Of a stretch of 57,941 bases of DNA, positions 17,262 through 25,663 are shown in pieces. The notes below the pieces were generated by a model, which was not told the origin of the DNA, ran no database searches, and worked only from the letters and a program-made list of their open reading frames with translations. The position numbers were made by a program, and so were the translations under genes. The first letter of the stretch is position 1. Every line of letters begins with the position of its first letter. Source of the DNA: Planctomycetota bacterium (GTDB lineage: Bacteria; Planctomycetota; Phycisphaerae; FEN-1346); NCBI GenBank assembly GCA_016872895.1, contig VGYT01000001.1, positions 1 to 57,941 of the forward strand, written 5' to 3'.

Positions 17262-17348
17262 CCGCAGCCGTCGCAGGTGAAGCGGACGGTGAAACTGCCC
17301 ACGGACAACCAAGTCGGGCGAAAAGGCCAGGAAGTAGCAACTATACTA

Positions 17349-17377
17349 TTGACTTTCGGGACGGAAATCGCTATCAG
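17349..17377 (+). promoter_or_regulatory. Possible promoter giving a near-leaderless ATPase transcript
   Basis: TTGACT (17349-54), a 17-nt spacer, then TATCAG (17372-77). The ATG at 17386 is only 9 nt after the -10. Locally AT-rich. Confidence 0.3.
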
Positions 17378-17385
17378 ATTGTGCT

Positions 17386-18834
17386 ATGGTGGACTTCTTG
17401 GACAACTCCGAGGTGCTCGGCATCCTGCGCGGGTTCAACCCCTGGTGGGGCGGCAGGCCCGGAACCTCCCTTGAGTTCAAACGGCTGGCCTACCATGCCT
17501 GCCGCAGGTTCCTCGGGGACACCAGCCTGCGGCGGGCAGTTCTCCTTTCGGGCCCGCGGCGGGTAGGCAAGACCACGATCCTCCAGCAAGTCGCGACCGA
17601 TATGGCTCGAGAAGGCACGCCGCCTGAGAGCATCCTGTACGTCAGCCTGGACCATCCGCTGCTGAAACTCCTGCGCCTGCCGGAGATCCTGGCGCTCTAT
17701 CACGAGAACGTCTGCCCGGCCGACCGCCCCGCCTTTCTCCTTCTGGACGAGATTCAGTACCTGAAGGGCTGGGACCTGGAACTGAAGCAGTTGACCGACC
17801 ATCGGCCGCACTGGCGCATCCTGGCGACGGGGTCGGCCAGCCTGACCCACCACAAGGGCCTGGCGGAGAGCGGCGTCGGCCGATGGATTACCGTGCCCAT
17901 GCCGACGCTGTCCTTCTACGAGTTTGCGAAGATCCGCGGCGAGGCCGTGCCGGACGTCCCGGCCGACCTCAGGGTCATGGACCTGTTCTCCATGAGCCCC
18001 TTGCAGCGGCTCGCCATCCAGGCGGGCCTGCAAGACCTGCTGCCCCTGTTCAAGCGTTACCTGCTCGTGGGGGGCTTCCCCGAGACGGCCTGCCACTCGG
18101 GGGACATCGGCCTGTGCCAGCGGCTGCTGCGCGAAGACGTGGTGGAGCGCGTGCTGAAGCGCGACATGACCGTCCTGTTCGGCGTGCGGAGCGTTGCCGA
18201 CCTGGAGAAACTCTTCATCTACATATGCCTGCACACCGGCGGCATCTTCTCCGTGCAGCGGTGCGCAGGCAACCTGGGGGTGTCGGTTGCCACCGTCAAC
18301 AACCACCTCCTGGCCCTGAAGAGCGCCAACCTGGTCTACCAGTTGGCCCCTTATGCCCCCGCGGGCAAGAAAGTGCTCAAGGCGCGCCACAAGGTCTACC
18401 TCGTGGACGCGGCCCTGCGCAACGCCGTCCTGCTCCGCGGAGAGGAGATCCTCTCCCAGGCTGGCGAGATGGGGATGATCGTCGAGACCGCCGTCCTCCG
18501 ACACATGCTCGCGTATTACTACCGTGATACGCCGCAGGTCCGGTACTGGCGGCACGCGGAATCCGACAAGGAAGTGGATATCGTCGTCAAGAGCCCCTCC
18601 TACCTGGTCGCGGCCGAGGTCAAGTACCACGAGAAGGCGCCCCTGACGCCGCGCTCCGGCCTTGCCGCATTCTGCCGCCTGGAGAAACCCACGTGCGCTT
18701 TCTGGATTACCCAGCGGAACGAGGACTTCCGGGCCAGGCATCTGCCGGGCCTCGACACGCCCATTCTTGAGATCCCCGCGCACTTCTTCACATACCTTCT
18801 CGGACAGGCCGAGAGGCTTCTGTGGCAGACGTGA
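17386..18834 (+). CDS. AAA+ ATPase with C-terminal DUF4143 / PD-(D/E)xK-like module (COG1373-type)
   Basis: ORF 17386..18834. Walker A LLSGPRRVGKTT; Walker B FLLLDEIQY. The C-terminal EVDIVVKS...LVAAEVKY resembles a D...ExK nuclease-fold motif. Confidence 0.85.
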   Translation: MVDFLDNSEVLGILRGFNPWWGGRPGTSLEFKRLAYHACRRFLGDTSLRRAVLLSGPRRVGKTTILQQVATDMAREGTPPESILYVSLDHPLLKLLRLPEILALYHENVCPADRPAFLLLDEIQYLKGWDLELKQLTDHRPHWRILATGSASLTHHKGLAESGVGRWITVPMPTLSFYEFAKIRGEAVPDVPADLRVMDLFSMSPLQRLAIQAGLQDLLPLFKRYLLVGGFPETACHSGDIGLCQRLLREDVVERVLKRDMTVLFGVRSVADLEKLFIYICLHTGGIFSVQRCAGNLGVSVATVNNHLLALKSANLVYQLAPYAPAGKKVLKARHKVYLVDAALRNAVLLRGEEILSQAGEMGMIVETAVLRHMLAYYYRDTPQVRYWRHAESDKEVDIVVKSPSYLVAAEVKYHEKAPLTPRSGLAAFCRLEKPTCAFWITQRNEDFRARHLPGLDTPILEIPAHFFTYLLGQAERLLWQT

Positions 18835-18868
18835 GACGCTGAGGGCCGCGCCGGAACGGTTCCCTTGC

Positions 18869-19405
18869 ATGCGGCAAGTTGAATATCTCACCGGCGGCGC
18901 GCTTTACCGGCGCGTGCTGGGCGACCTGGCGCCCTCGGCGCGCGACAGCCTGCTCATCGCCACCGCCACGCTCAAGGCCACACGCATGCCGGGGCCGGGC
19001 GGCCAGGCCGAGAGCATCGTGCGGCTGCTGGCGCGCCTGGCGGCTCGCGGCGTAGAGGTGCGGGTCCTCCACAGCGGCGTGCCGTCGGGGCCGTTCCTGG
19101 AGGAACTCAAAGGGGTCAAACGCGGGGCGTTCCAGATGCGCCGATGCCCGCGCACGCACTTCAAGGCCGCCGTCGTGGACGGCAAACGCCTGTACCTCGG
19201 CAGCGCGAACCTCACCGGGGCCGGCCTGGGCGCAAAGAGCGCCCGCCGCCGGAACTTCGAGGTCGGCCTGGTGACTGACGACCCGGCCCTCGTAGACACC
19301 GTGGCGGACCTCTTCGAGGCGGTCTGGTCGGGCTCGATGTGCCCTCGATGCGGCCGGCGCCCGCACTGCCCGGCCCCGCTGGAGTCGCCCTGGGACGGCC
19401 TGTAA
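18869..19405 (+). CDS. Single-HKD phospholipase D-family (Nuc-like) nuclease
   Basis: ORF 18662..19405 trimmed to ATG 18869 (MRQVEYL). Exact HxK-x4-D-x6-GSxN motif in HFKAAVVDGKRLYLGSANL. C-terminal CPRCGRRPHC. Starts 34 nt downstream of the ATPase stop. Confidence 0.8.
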   Translation: MRQVEYLTGGALYRRVLGDLAPSARDSLLIATATLKATRMPGPGGQAESIVRLLARLAARGVEVRVLHSGVPSGPFLEELKGVKRGAFQMRRCPRTHFKAAVVDGKRLYLGSANLTGAGLGAKSARRRNFEVGLVTDDPALVDTVADLFEAVWSGSMCPRCGRRPHCPAPLESPWDGL

Positions 19406-19461
19406 TACCGCAGCAATGCAGGCCGGGGTGAAATCCCGGCGGCGTTGCCGCGACGGCGGGT

Positions 19462-19537
19462 GGCATGCTTTCGCTTGCGAAAGCACGCCCTCGGGCCTGG
19501 CCCGGCCATGCTTTCGCAAGGGCGCGAAAGCATGGCG
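19462..19537. repeat. Two GCATGCTTTCGC/GCGAAAGCATGC-type hairpins
   Basis: GGCATGCTTTCGCTTGCGAAAGCACGCC (19462-19489) and GCCATGCTTTCGCAAGGGCGCGAAAGCATGGCG (19505-19537). Confidence 0.85.
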
Positions 19538-19686
19538 CCCATCCCGCGGCCGGACGAGGCGGCCGTGCCGCAGGCGGCCCCCCTTGTCCCCCGTTTTCTC
19601 CTTCGCTCTTGCCTTCCGACGTGCTTGCCGCCACAATGCCCGGCTGGCAGGCGACAAGCGGCGCCTCGGCAGGGAAAGGGGATACT

Positions 19687-21156
19687 ATGCATCCCGCCAT
19701 CGAGATTATTTGGTTGGGGGCGGTTGCGGGGGCGGCGATCGCGGGAGCGGCCGGGGCCGCCGGGCCGCCCGCGGCGGCCGCCGGCGCTCTTGCGCTCCAT
19801 CCCGAGAACCCGCACTACTTCGTCTTTCGCGGCAGGCCGGCCGTCCTGGTCGCCAGCGGCGAACATTACGGGGCCGTCCTGAACCTCGATTTCGATTACG
19901 TCAAGTATCTTGATGCGCTCAAGCGCGACGGCCTGAACCTGACGCGCACGTTCTCGGGCGTGTACCGCGAAGTTCCGCGGTCGTTCAAAATCAAGAACAA
20001 CCCGCTTGCGCCCGCGCCCGGCCGCTACATCTGCCCGTGGGCCCGAAGCGCCGAGCCGGGCTACTTCGACGGCGGCAACAAGTTCGACCTCGGCCGGTGG
20101 GAAGAGGCTTACTTCCGCCGCGCACGCGACTTCCTGGCCCAGGCGTCGGCTCGCGGCGTGGTGGTCGAGTTCGTCCTCTTCTGCCCGATGTACAACGAGG
20201 AACTCTGGAAGGCCAACCCCATGTACGTCGCCAACAACACGAGCGGCGTCGGAGACCTGAAGAAGGACGAGCCGCATACCCTGGGGAACGGCCGGCTGCT
20301 GGACTTCCAGTTGGCCGTCACCCGCAAGATCGTTACGGAACTGAACGAGTTTGACAACCTTTACTGGGAAATCTGCAACGAGCCGTACTTCGGCGGCGTG
20401 ACGCTGGAATGGCAGAAGCGCATCGCCGACGCCATCGTCCAGGCCGAGGCGGGGCTGCCCCGTAAGCACCTCATCGCGCAGAACATCGCGAACGGCTCCA
20501 AGAAGATCGAGGACCCGAACCCGGCCGTCTCCATCTTTAACTTCCACTACTGCTCGCCGCCCGACGCCGTGGCCATGAACTGGCACCTGGGCAAGGTCAT
20601 CGCCGACGACGAGACCGGCTTCAAGGGGTCGGGCGATACGCCCTACGCCCCCGACGGCTGGGACTTCCTGATGGCGGGCGGGGCGGTTTACAGCAGCCTG
20701 GATTACTCATTCTATCCGGGCCGCGAGGACGGCTCGGGCACGCCCGACGCCCCCGGCGGCGGGTCTGCGCGCCTCAGGCGGTCGCTGGCGGCCCTGCGGG
20801 CGTTCATGGAGTCGTTTGACTTTATCCGCATGGCCCCCGACCCGCAGGTCGTCAAGGCTGCGCCGCCGAAAAGCACCGCCCGCGTCCTGGCCGAGAAAGG
20901 CCGCCAGTATGCCGCCTTCATCCGCCCCTTGAAGGCCCCCGCGGCGGGCGGCGCCGCGCCGGGCGGCGCCACAGCAGAAGGGGAACTCGTCCTTGACCTG
21001 CCCGCCGGCCCGTACAAGGCCGACTGGGTGAACATCTGGACCGGCGACGTGGAGAAAACGGAGACGTTCGACCACTCGGGCGGCGAAAAGCGATTCACCC
21101 CGCCGCCGTTTACCGACGGCATCGCCTTGCGCCTGAAGCGCGTGGAAGGCAGGTAA
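19687..21156 (+). CDS. Putative glycoside hydrolase, GH5-like (beta/alpha)8 barrel
   Basis: ORF 19465..21156 trimmed to ATG 19687. Signal-like MHPAIEIIWLGAVAGAAIAGAAGA. HPENPHYFVFRGRPAVLVASGEHYGAV. YWEICNEPYF carries an NEP acid/base-type motif. Family assignment is tentative. Confidence 0.65.
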   Translation: MHPAIEIIWLGAVAGAAIAGAAGAAGPPAAAAGALALHPENPHYFVFRGRPAVLVASGEHYGAVLNLDFDYVKYLDALKRDGLNLTRTFSGVYREVPRSFKIKNNPLAPAPGRYICPWARSAEPGYFDGGNKFDLGRWEEAYFRRARDFLAQASARGVVVEFVLFCPMYNEELWKANPMYVANNTSGVGDLKKDEPHTLGNGRLLDFQLAVTRKIVTELNEFDNLYWEICNEPYFGGVTLEWQKRIADAIVQAEAGLPRKHLIAQNIANGSKKIEDPNPAVSIFNFHYCSPPDAVAMNWHLGKVIADDETGFKGSGDTPYAPDGWDFLMAGGAVYSSLDYSFYPGREDGSGTPDAPGGGSARLRRSLAALRAFMESFDFIRMAPDPQVVKAAPPKSTARVLAEKGRQYAAFIRPLKAPAAGGAAPGGATAEGELVLDLPAGPYKADWVNIWTGDVEKTETFDHSGGEKRFTPPPFTDGIALRLKRVEGR

Positions 21157-21169
21157 CTCGGGCGGCGAC

Positions 21170-22087
21170 CTACTCGTTCGTCAGGTTGTCGTACTGGTCG
21201 TCGGGGTCCGCGCCTTCGGACTCCAGGAGAGGCTTTTTCCCATCGCCTTCCGGCGGCCCGTAGCGGATGGGCCGGCCCCACCCGTCGCAGTACACGCGGT
21301 AACTTGCGCCGCCGGACCCCTTCTCCAGGATGCGCATGCCGGCGTTGGCGATGTAGGGGCCGCGCTTCTGCCGCAGGTTGAGCGCGGCAAACAGGAGGGC
21401 CGCCGCGTCGTCGTCGGTGCCGGCGGCGGGGCGCAGGCCCTTCTTCGGGTCAGCGGCGCCCATGAGGCCGTCGGGCGTGTCGGCCGTCCAGGGGAATCGG
21501 CCCCAGTCGTCCGAGTATCGCTGAAGGGCGGCGTCGAGTTGGCTGAACATGCGGCTGGTGGCATCGGCGGGCGGCTCCGTCAGGGCCCACCAGATGCGCT
21601 CGCCCGCCACCACAATCGTCAGGCCCAGGACGACGCTTACGGCCGACAAGGCGATGCCGGCCTTCGCCAAGCCGCGGCCGCCCAGGTTCCGGTCGGTCCC
21701 GATACGCCGCAGGCCCAGGATGCCCAGGACGAGGCCTGCCACGCCGGCCACGCCCGGATTGCACATCCACAGGCATGCGGGCATCGACAGGATGCCCAGG
21801 ACGAGACACGCCGCGCCGACCACTCCCAGCGCCAGCGGTCCCGCGATGCCCAGAACGAGGCTCGCTGCGGCCAGGACCGAAGTGCGCGGCCCGAGCGGGA
21901 TATCGTCCCCCCCGCGGACCCTGCCCGACACCGGCCGCACGACCGCGTAGTTGCCGCGGTCCGGCTTCCCGGCCACCAGGAACCGCAGGTCGCATCCTGG
22001 GCATCGCAGGGCGTGGCCGACGATGGTCTCCGGATACTCCTTTGTCTCACCGCACTTAGGGCAGCGTACCAGCAGAGCCATGATCAT
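21170..22087 (-). CDS. Zinc-ribbon / multi-TM (DUF4190-like) / GspG-pseudopilin-like C-terminal domain protein
   Basis: ORF 21170..22087(-); alternative ATG at 22081. CPKCGE...CPGCD zinc ribbon, four Gly/Leu-rich TM helices, and C-terminal CDGWGRPIRYGPPEGDG...DPDDQYDNLTN resembling the T2SS GspG globular domain. Confidence 0.7.
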   Translation of the reverse strand: MIMALLVRCPKCGETKEYPETIVGHALRCPGCDLRFLVAGKPDRGNYAVVRPVSGRVRGGDDIPLGPRTSVLAAASLVLGIAGPLALGVVGAACLVLGILSMPACLWMCNPGVAGVAGLVLGILGLRRIGTDRNLGGRGLAKAGIALSAVSVVLGLTIVVAGERIWWALTEPPADATSRMFSQLDAALQRYSDDWGRFPWTADTPDGLMGAADPKKGLRPAAGTDDDAAALLFAALNLRQKRGPYIANAGMRILEKGSGGASYRVYCDGWGRPIRYGPPEGDGKKPLLESEGADPDDQYDNLTNE

Positions 22088-22152
22088 CCCCCGAAGATGA
22101 AGCCCGAACCTGGCGCAAGGTTATAGCGTGCGCGGGCGGGTTTGCAAGGGAT

Positions 22153-22268
22153 TTGCCACTTCCACTTAACGGCTGCCACTTGTCACTGGCCACTTGTCAC
22201 TTGTTACCAACGACTTGCGGTTGTTGTTGCCGTTACAAGTGGCCAGTGGCAAGTGACCAGTGGCAAGG
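22153..22268. repeat. Heptad-periodic inverted repeat (TGTCACT/GGCCACT units)
   Basis: Left arm ...TGCCACTTGTCACTGGCCACTTGTCACTTGTTACC. Right arm GTTACAAGTGGCCAGTGGCAAGTGACCAGTGGCAAGG. Lies between the purB stop (22273) and the start at 22087. Confidence 0.85.
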
Positions 22269-22272
22269 AGGG

Positions 22273-23715
22273 CTACACGTCGATATCAGCCTCGGTGCCG
22301 ATGCGGTCGCGGTTCGCCTCCAGGACGGGCCGCACGATGGCGGCCAGGAACTCGTCCACCTGCTCCGGCGCGCGGCCGACGAAGCGCTCGGGCCGCATTT
22401 CATCGTCGATATCGACGTGGACGAAGGCCGGGTCGGCCTTCAGCCGCGCCAGGAGGTCGTTCTGGCCGCCCTCGGCCTTGATGCGCTGTGCGGCCTGGTG
22501 GCTGTGGCGGCGGATGCGCTCGTGCAGGGCCTGGCGGTCGCCGCCGGCCTTCACGGCCGCCATCAGGATGTTCTCGGTGGCCATGAATGGCAGTTCGTCC
22601 GCCACGTGGCGGGCGATCATCCGCGGGTACACCACGAGGCCTTCCGCGATGTTCTGGTAAAGGCGCAGGATGGCGTCGGCGCCCAGGAACGCCTCGCCGA
22701 TGACGATGCGCCTGGCGGCGGAGTCGTCGAGCGTCCGCTCCAGCCACTGCTCGGCCGCCGTCTGCGCCGCCGCCGCCGCGAGGCTGATGACGTACCGCGC
22801 CAGGCCCGTCATGCGCTCCGCACGCATCGGGTTGCGCTTGTAAGCCATCGCGGAGGAGCCGACCTGCGATTTCTCGAACGGTTCCTCAATCTCCTTCAGG
22901 TTCGCCAGCAATCTGAGGTCGTTCGCAAACTTATGTGCGCTCTGCGCGATGCCGGCCAGAACGGCGACCACGGCGTAGTCGGCCTTGCGGCTGTAAGTCT
23001 GGCCGGTGACGGGGGCTACATGGTCGAAGCCTAGTTTGGCGGCCACCAGGCCCTCCAGGCGCCGCACCCTCTCGTGGTCCCCCTCGAAAAGGCGGAGGAA
23101 CGACGCCTGCGTGCCGGTGGTGCCCTTGATGCCGCGGAATCGCAGGCCCCGGCGGGCCTGGTCCACCGCTTCGAGGTCCGTGACGAGGTCCCACAACCAC
23201 AGGCACGCCCGCTTGCCCACCGTCACAAGTTGCGCGGGCTGATAGTGCGTAAAGCCGAGGGCCGCGAGGGCCCGGTGCTCGGCGGCAAAGCGCGCAAGGC
23301 GTTCGATGGTCGTCGCCAGGCGGCGCGCCACGAGGTCCAGCCCGTCGCGCATCGCCAGGAGGTCGGCGTTGTCGGTGACCTCGCACGACGTCGCCCCCAG
23401 GTGGATGATGGCCCGGGCCGAGGGGCACTGCTCGCCGAAGGCGTGCACGTGGGCCATGACGTCGTGGCGCAGGGTGCGTTCCAGGGCCTCGGCCCGCTCG
23501 ATGTTCACATCGTCCTGGTGACGGCGCATCTCGGCCAGTTGCGCGTCGGTGACGGCCAGGCCCAGTTCCTTTTCGGCCTCGGCAAGGGCGATCCATATCC
23601 GCCGCCAGGCGCGGAAACGCGACTGGGCGCTGAAGATGCCCGACATCTGGGGGCTGGCGTAGCGGGAGACCAGCGGCGACTGGAATCGCTCGTGCGGGCT
23701 GGCAGGCGCGGTCAT
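22273..23715 (-). CDS. purB: Adenylosuccinate lyase
   Basis: ORF 22273..23715(-), 480 aa. SPLVSRYASPQMSGIFS N-terminus; GSSAMAYKRNPMRAERM signature loop. Confidence 0.92.
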   Translation of the reverse strand: MTAPASPHERFQSPLVSRYASPQMSGIFSAQSRFRAWRRIWIALAEAEKELGLAVTDAQLAEMRRHQDDVNIERAEALERTLRHDVMAHVHAFGEQCPSARAIIHLGATSCEVTDNADLLAMRDGLDLVARRLATTIERLARFAAEHRALAALGFTHYQPAQLVTVGKRACLWLWDLVTDLEAVDQARRGLRFRGIKGTTGTQASFLRLFEGDHERVRRLEGLVAAKLGFDHVAPVTGQTYSRKADYAVVAVLAGIAQSAHKFANDLRLLANLKEIEEPFEKSQVGSSAMAYKRNPMRAERMTGLARYVISLAAAAAQTAAEQWLERTLDDSAARRIVIGEAFLGADAILRLYQNIAEGLVVYPRMIARHVADELPFMATENILMAAVKAGGDRQALHERIRRHSHQAAQRIKAEGGQNDLLARLKADPAFVHVDIDDEMRPERFVGRAPEQVDEFLAAIVRPVLEANRDRIGTEADIDV

Positions 23716-23734
23716 GGCATTGTCCCTTCACACC

Positions 23735-23894
23735 TGTCATTTGTCACTTGTCATTTGCCATTTGCAGCAAGGCATCGCCCGCGCGGTCGCCGACGCGCCA
23801 TAGCCGCTATGGCGACGGCGCGCCCTGCAACCCCGCCTCTGGCGGGCGGTTCACAAATGACCAATGACAAAGGACAAATGACAAACGACAAAGC
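23735..23894. repeat. Heptad-periodic inverted repeat (TGTCATT units) with structured loop
   Basis: Left arm TGTCATTTGTCACTTGTCATTTGCCATTTGC. Right arm CACAAATGACCAATGACAAAGGACAAATGACAAACGACAAAGC. The loop holds the palindrome GCCATAG-CCG-CTATGGC (23797-23813). Confidence 0.85.
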
Positions 23895-24071
23895 ATACCG
23901 GCCGCTGCGGCGGCCCGCCAGCAAAACCAGGACGCCGTTTTTTCTGATAGCCCCGGCCCCCGCCGGCCGATATTACAGCCGCGGTGGGGGCGCACCCGGA
24001 GTCTCTATGTTGCGCTGGGCCCTCTACGGGGCAGACGGAGGCGGTGCAAACCGCATTAACGGGGCGCCACC

Positions 24072-24551
24072 ATGCGACAATCTCTGCGCGGCTTCACGCT
24101 TGTCGAGATACTCATCGTCGTCATCCTGCTGGCGATCCTGGCGGCCATCGTCCTGCCGCAGTACCGCGACGTCACCAACCAGGCCAACCGCACCAACCTG
24201 AAGGAGAACCTCTCCAAGATCCGCGCCATCATCCAGGTGTACCGCAACCAGCACTCAGGGTATCCGGCAGGCGATCAGTTCGCGGCCCAGATGACCCAGA
24301 GCACGGACTTCGGCGGCGGCGTCGCCGACGTTCCCGACGCTACGCACATTTATGGCCCGTACCTGGAGCAGATGCCCACCAACCCCGTGACGAATTCCGC
24401 GGTCATCCGCGTGGCCACGGGCGCCGCCGAGCGTTTCACCGCCCCCGACACTGACGGCGGCTGGTGGTACAACCAGGTCACCGGCGAGTTCTACCCTGAC
24501 CTGACCGACAGCCACGTCGATGACGACGGGATGCCCTACAATCAATACTGA
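24072..24551 (+). CDS. Prepilin-type N-terminal cleavage/methylation domain protein (T2SS GspG-like pseudopilin)
   Basis: ORF 24072..24551. MRQSLRGFTLVEILIVVILLAILAAIVLPQY is a class III signal plus alpha-1 helix. Confidence 0.88.
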   Translation: MRQSLRGFTLVEILIVVILLAILAAIVLPQYRDVTNQANRTNLKENLSKIRAIIQVYRNQHSGYPAGDQFAAQMTQSTDFGGGVADVPDATHIYGPYLEQMPTNPVTNSAVIRVATGAAERFTAPDTDGGWWYNQVTGEFYPDLTDSHVDDDGMPYNQY

Positions 24552-24892
24552 CCCGCCCGGATGCCCTCCCAGGTGTGCGTTTTCCGGCCTGATTGGCGGC
24601 TGCGAGGCGCCTGAAGTTCCGCAACTTGTATGAAACACTGCTAACATTGCCCGCGGCGGCACGTGCGCTGCAAGTCCTTGTGAAACAACGGTTTACCCCC
24701 GAGCGCCAAAACTGTCCACAAGATATCCACAGGCTGGCGGAGGGCCTAAGTCGTGTCAAATTACGGGGTTGCGCATCAGCAGGCGCCCCGGCCGCGATAA
24801 GGCGTTCTGGCCACCCCGATGCCGCACGTGTTTGGCGCCTCCGCATGCCATGCGGCACGCCTCAGTAATCGGGCGATGCCGGCCGCTTGAGG

Positions 24893-24914
24893 CCCCCGGT
24901 GTATTCACCGGGGG
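24893..24914. other. Perfect 9-bp stem hairpin in the non-coding gap
   Basis: CCCCCGGTG-TATT-CACCGGGGG. No U-tract on either strand. Confidence 0.6.
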
Positions 24915-25109
24915 CCAGGTATGTGCGGCGCGGCCCGCGCCCCCTCCGGCGGCGTCCTCGGCGCGTCACGCGCCGCCGGGGACTCCCTGGCCGCTGGCCG
25001 GCGGTGCAAGGCCGCCGGACGAGGACTACAGATATGGTATGCACTTAGAAATGTGAATATGGGCAGACGCCGTGGCCGGCCGTGCCACGCGCTGCCGCCG
25101 CGGGCCGCC

Positions 25110-25466
25110 TCAGCGGGCCCAGCGGCGCCAGCGGTCCCTGTCGCGGTTCCCGTTGCGGTTGTTGCCGCCGTTCCCCCTGTTCCGGTCGGGCTGCGGCGAT
25201 TTGGCCTTCGCGGCCGGCGGAGGGGGGGCCGGGCGGGGCGGCGGGGGCGACTCAATCGAATGATCCAGGCGGATCTGCATCGGCTCAAGCCCCGCCTCCG
25301 GCGAACCCGTCTCCGGCAGCCGCGCGACCTGGGCGTCCGGAATCTCGGGCCGCAGAAGGAGCGATTCAGGCACGCCGACCTCCGCGTCGCGCCTGGCCGC
25401 CTCCTGGCAGGAGGAAACGCAGGCGGCCGCGCCCAGCACGGCGGCGAAAAGAAATACATGCCTCAT
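25110..25466 (-). CDS. Small lipoprotein with Arg/Asn/Gly-rich tail
   Basis: Part of ORF 25110..25739(-). The ATG (complement of 25464-66) is preceded by GGGAGG. MRHVFLFAAVLGAAACVSSC lipobox. The tail reads RNRGNGGNNRNGNRDRDRWRRWAR. Confidence 0.6.
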   Translation of the reverse strand: MRHVFLFAAVLGAAACVSSCQEAARRDAEVGVPESLLLRPEIPDAQVARLPETGSPEAGLEPMQIRLDHSIESPPPPRPAPPPPAAKAKSPQPDRNRGNGGNNRNGNRDRDRWRRWAR

Positions 25467-25663
25467 GGCGATAACCTCCCCGTCGGGCCTCCCGGGCTTA
25501 TACGACCGGCGGCCGGGGCGCGGCAACTGAATTTCACCTGCGCCCCGGCCAGGACCACATTTCGTGCCGCGCGGTCCCCGGCCCGGGGTACAATAACGCC
25601 GCATCGGGCGCCGGGCCGGGTCCGGCGACAACAAGGGCGATTGCTCGGAGGAGTAAACGCAAA

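Noticed and set aside
23925-23945. T6 run (GCCGTTTTTTCT) as an intrinsic terminator.
   Set aside because: No stable stem lies immediately upstream, and no plus-strand gene ends before it. It lies in the divergent region between purB and the pseudopilin gene.
24593-24868. ORFs of 91, 126 and 95 aa inside the 558-nt gap as possible small proteins.
   Set aside because: None has an RBS, their composition is Arg/Cys/Pro-rich nonsense, and they overlap each other on both strands. The gap is reported as unexplained non-coding instead.
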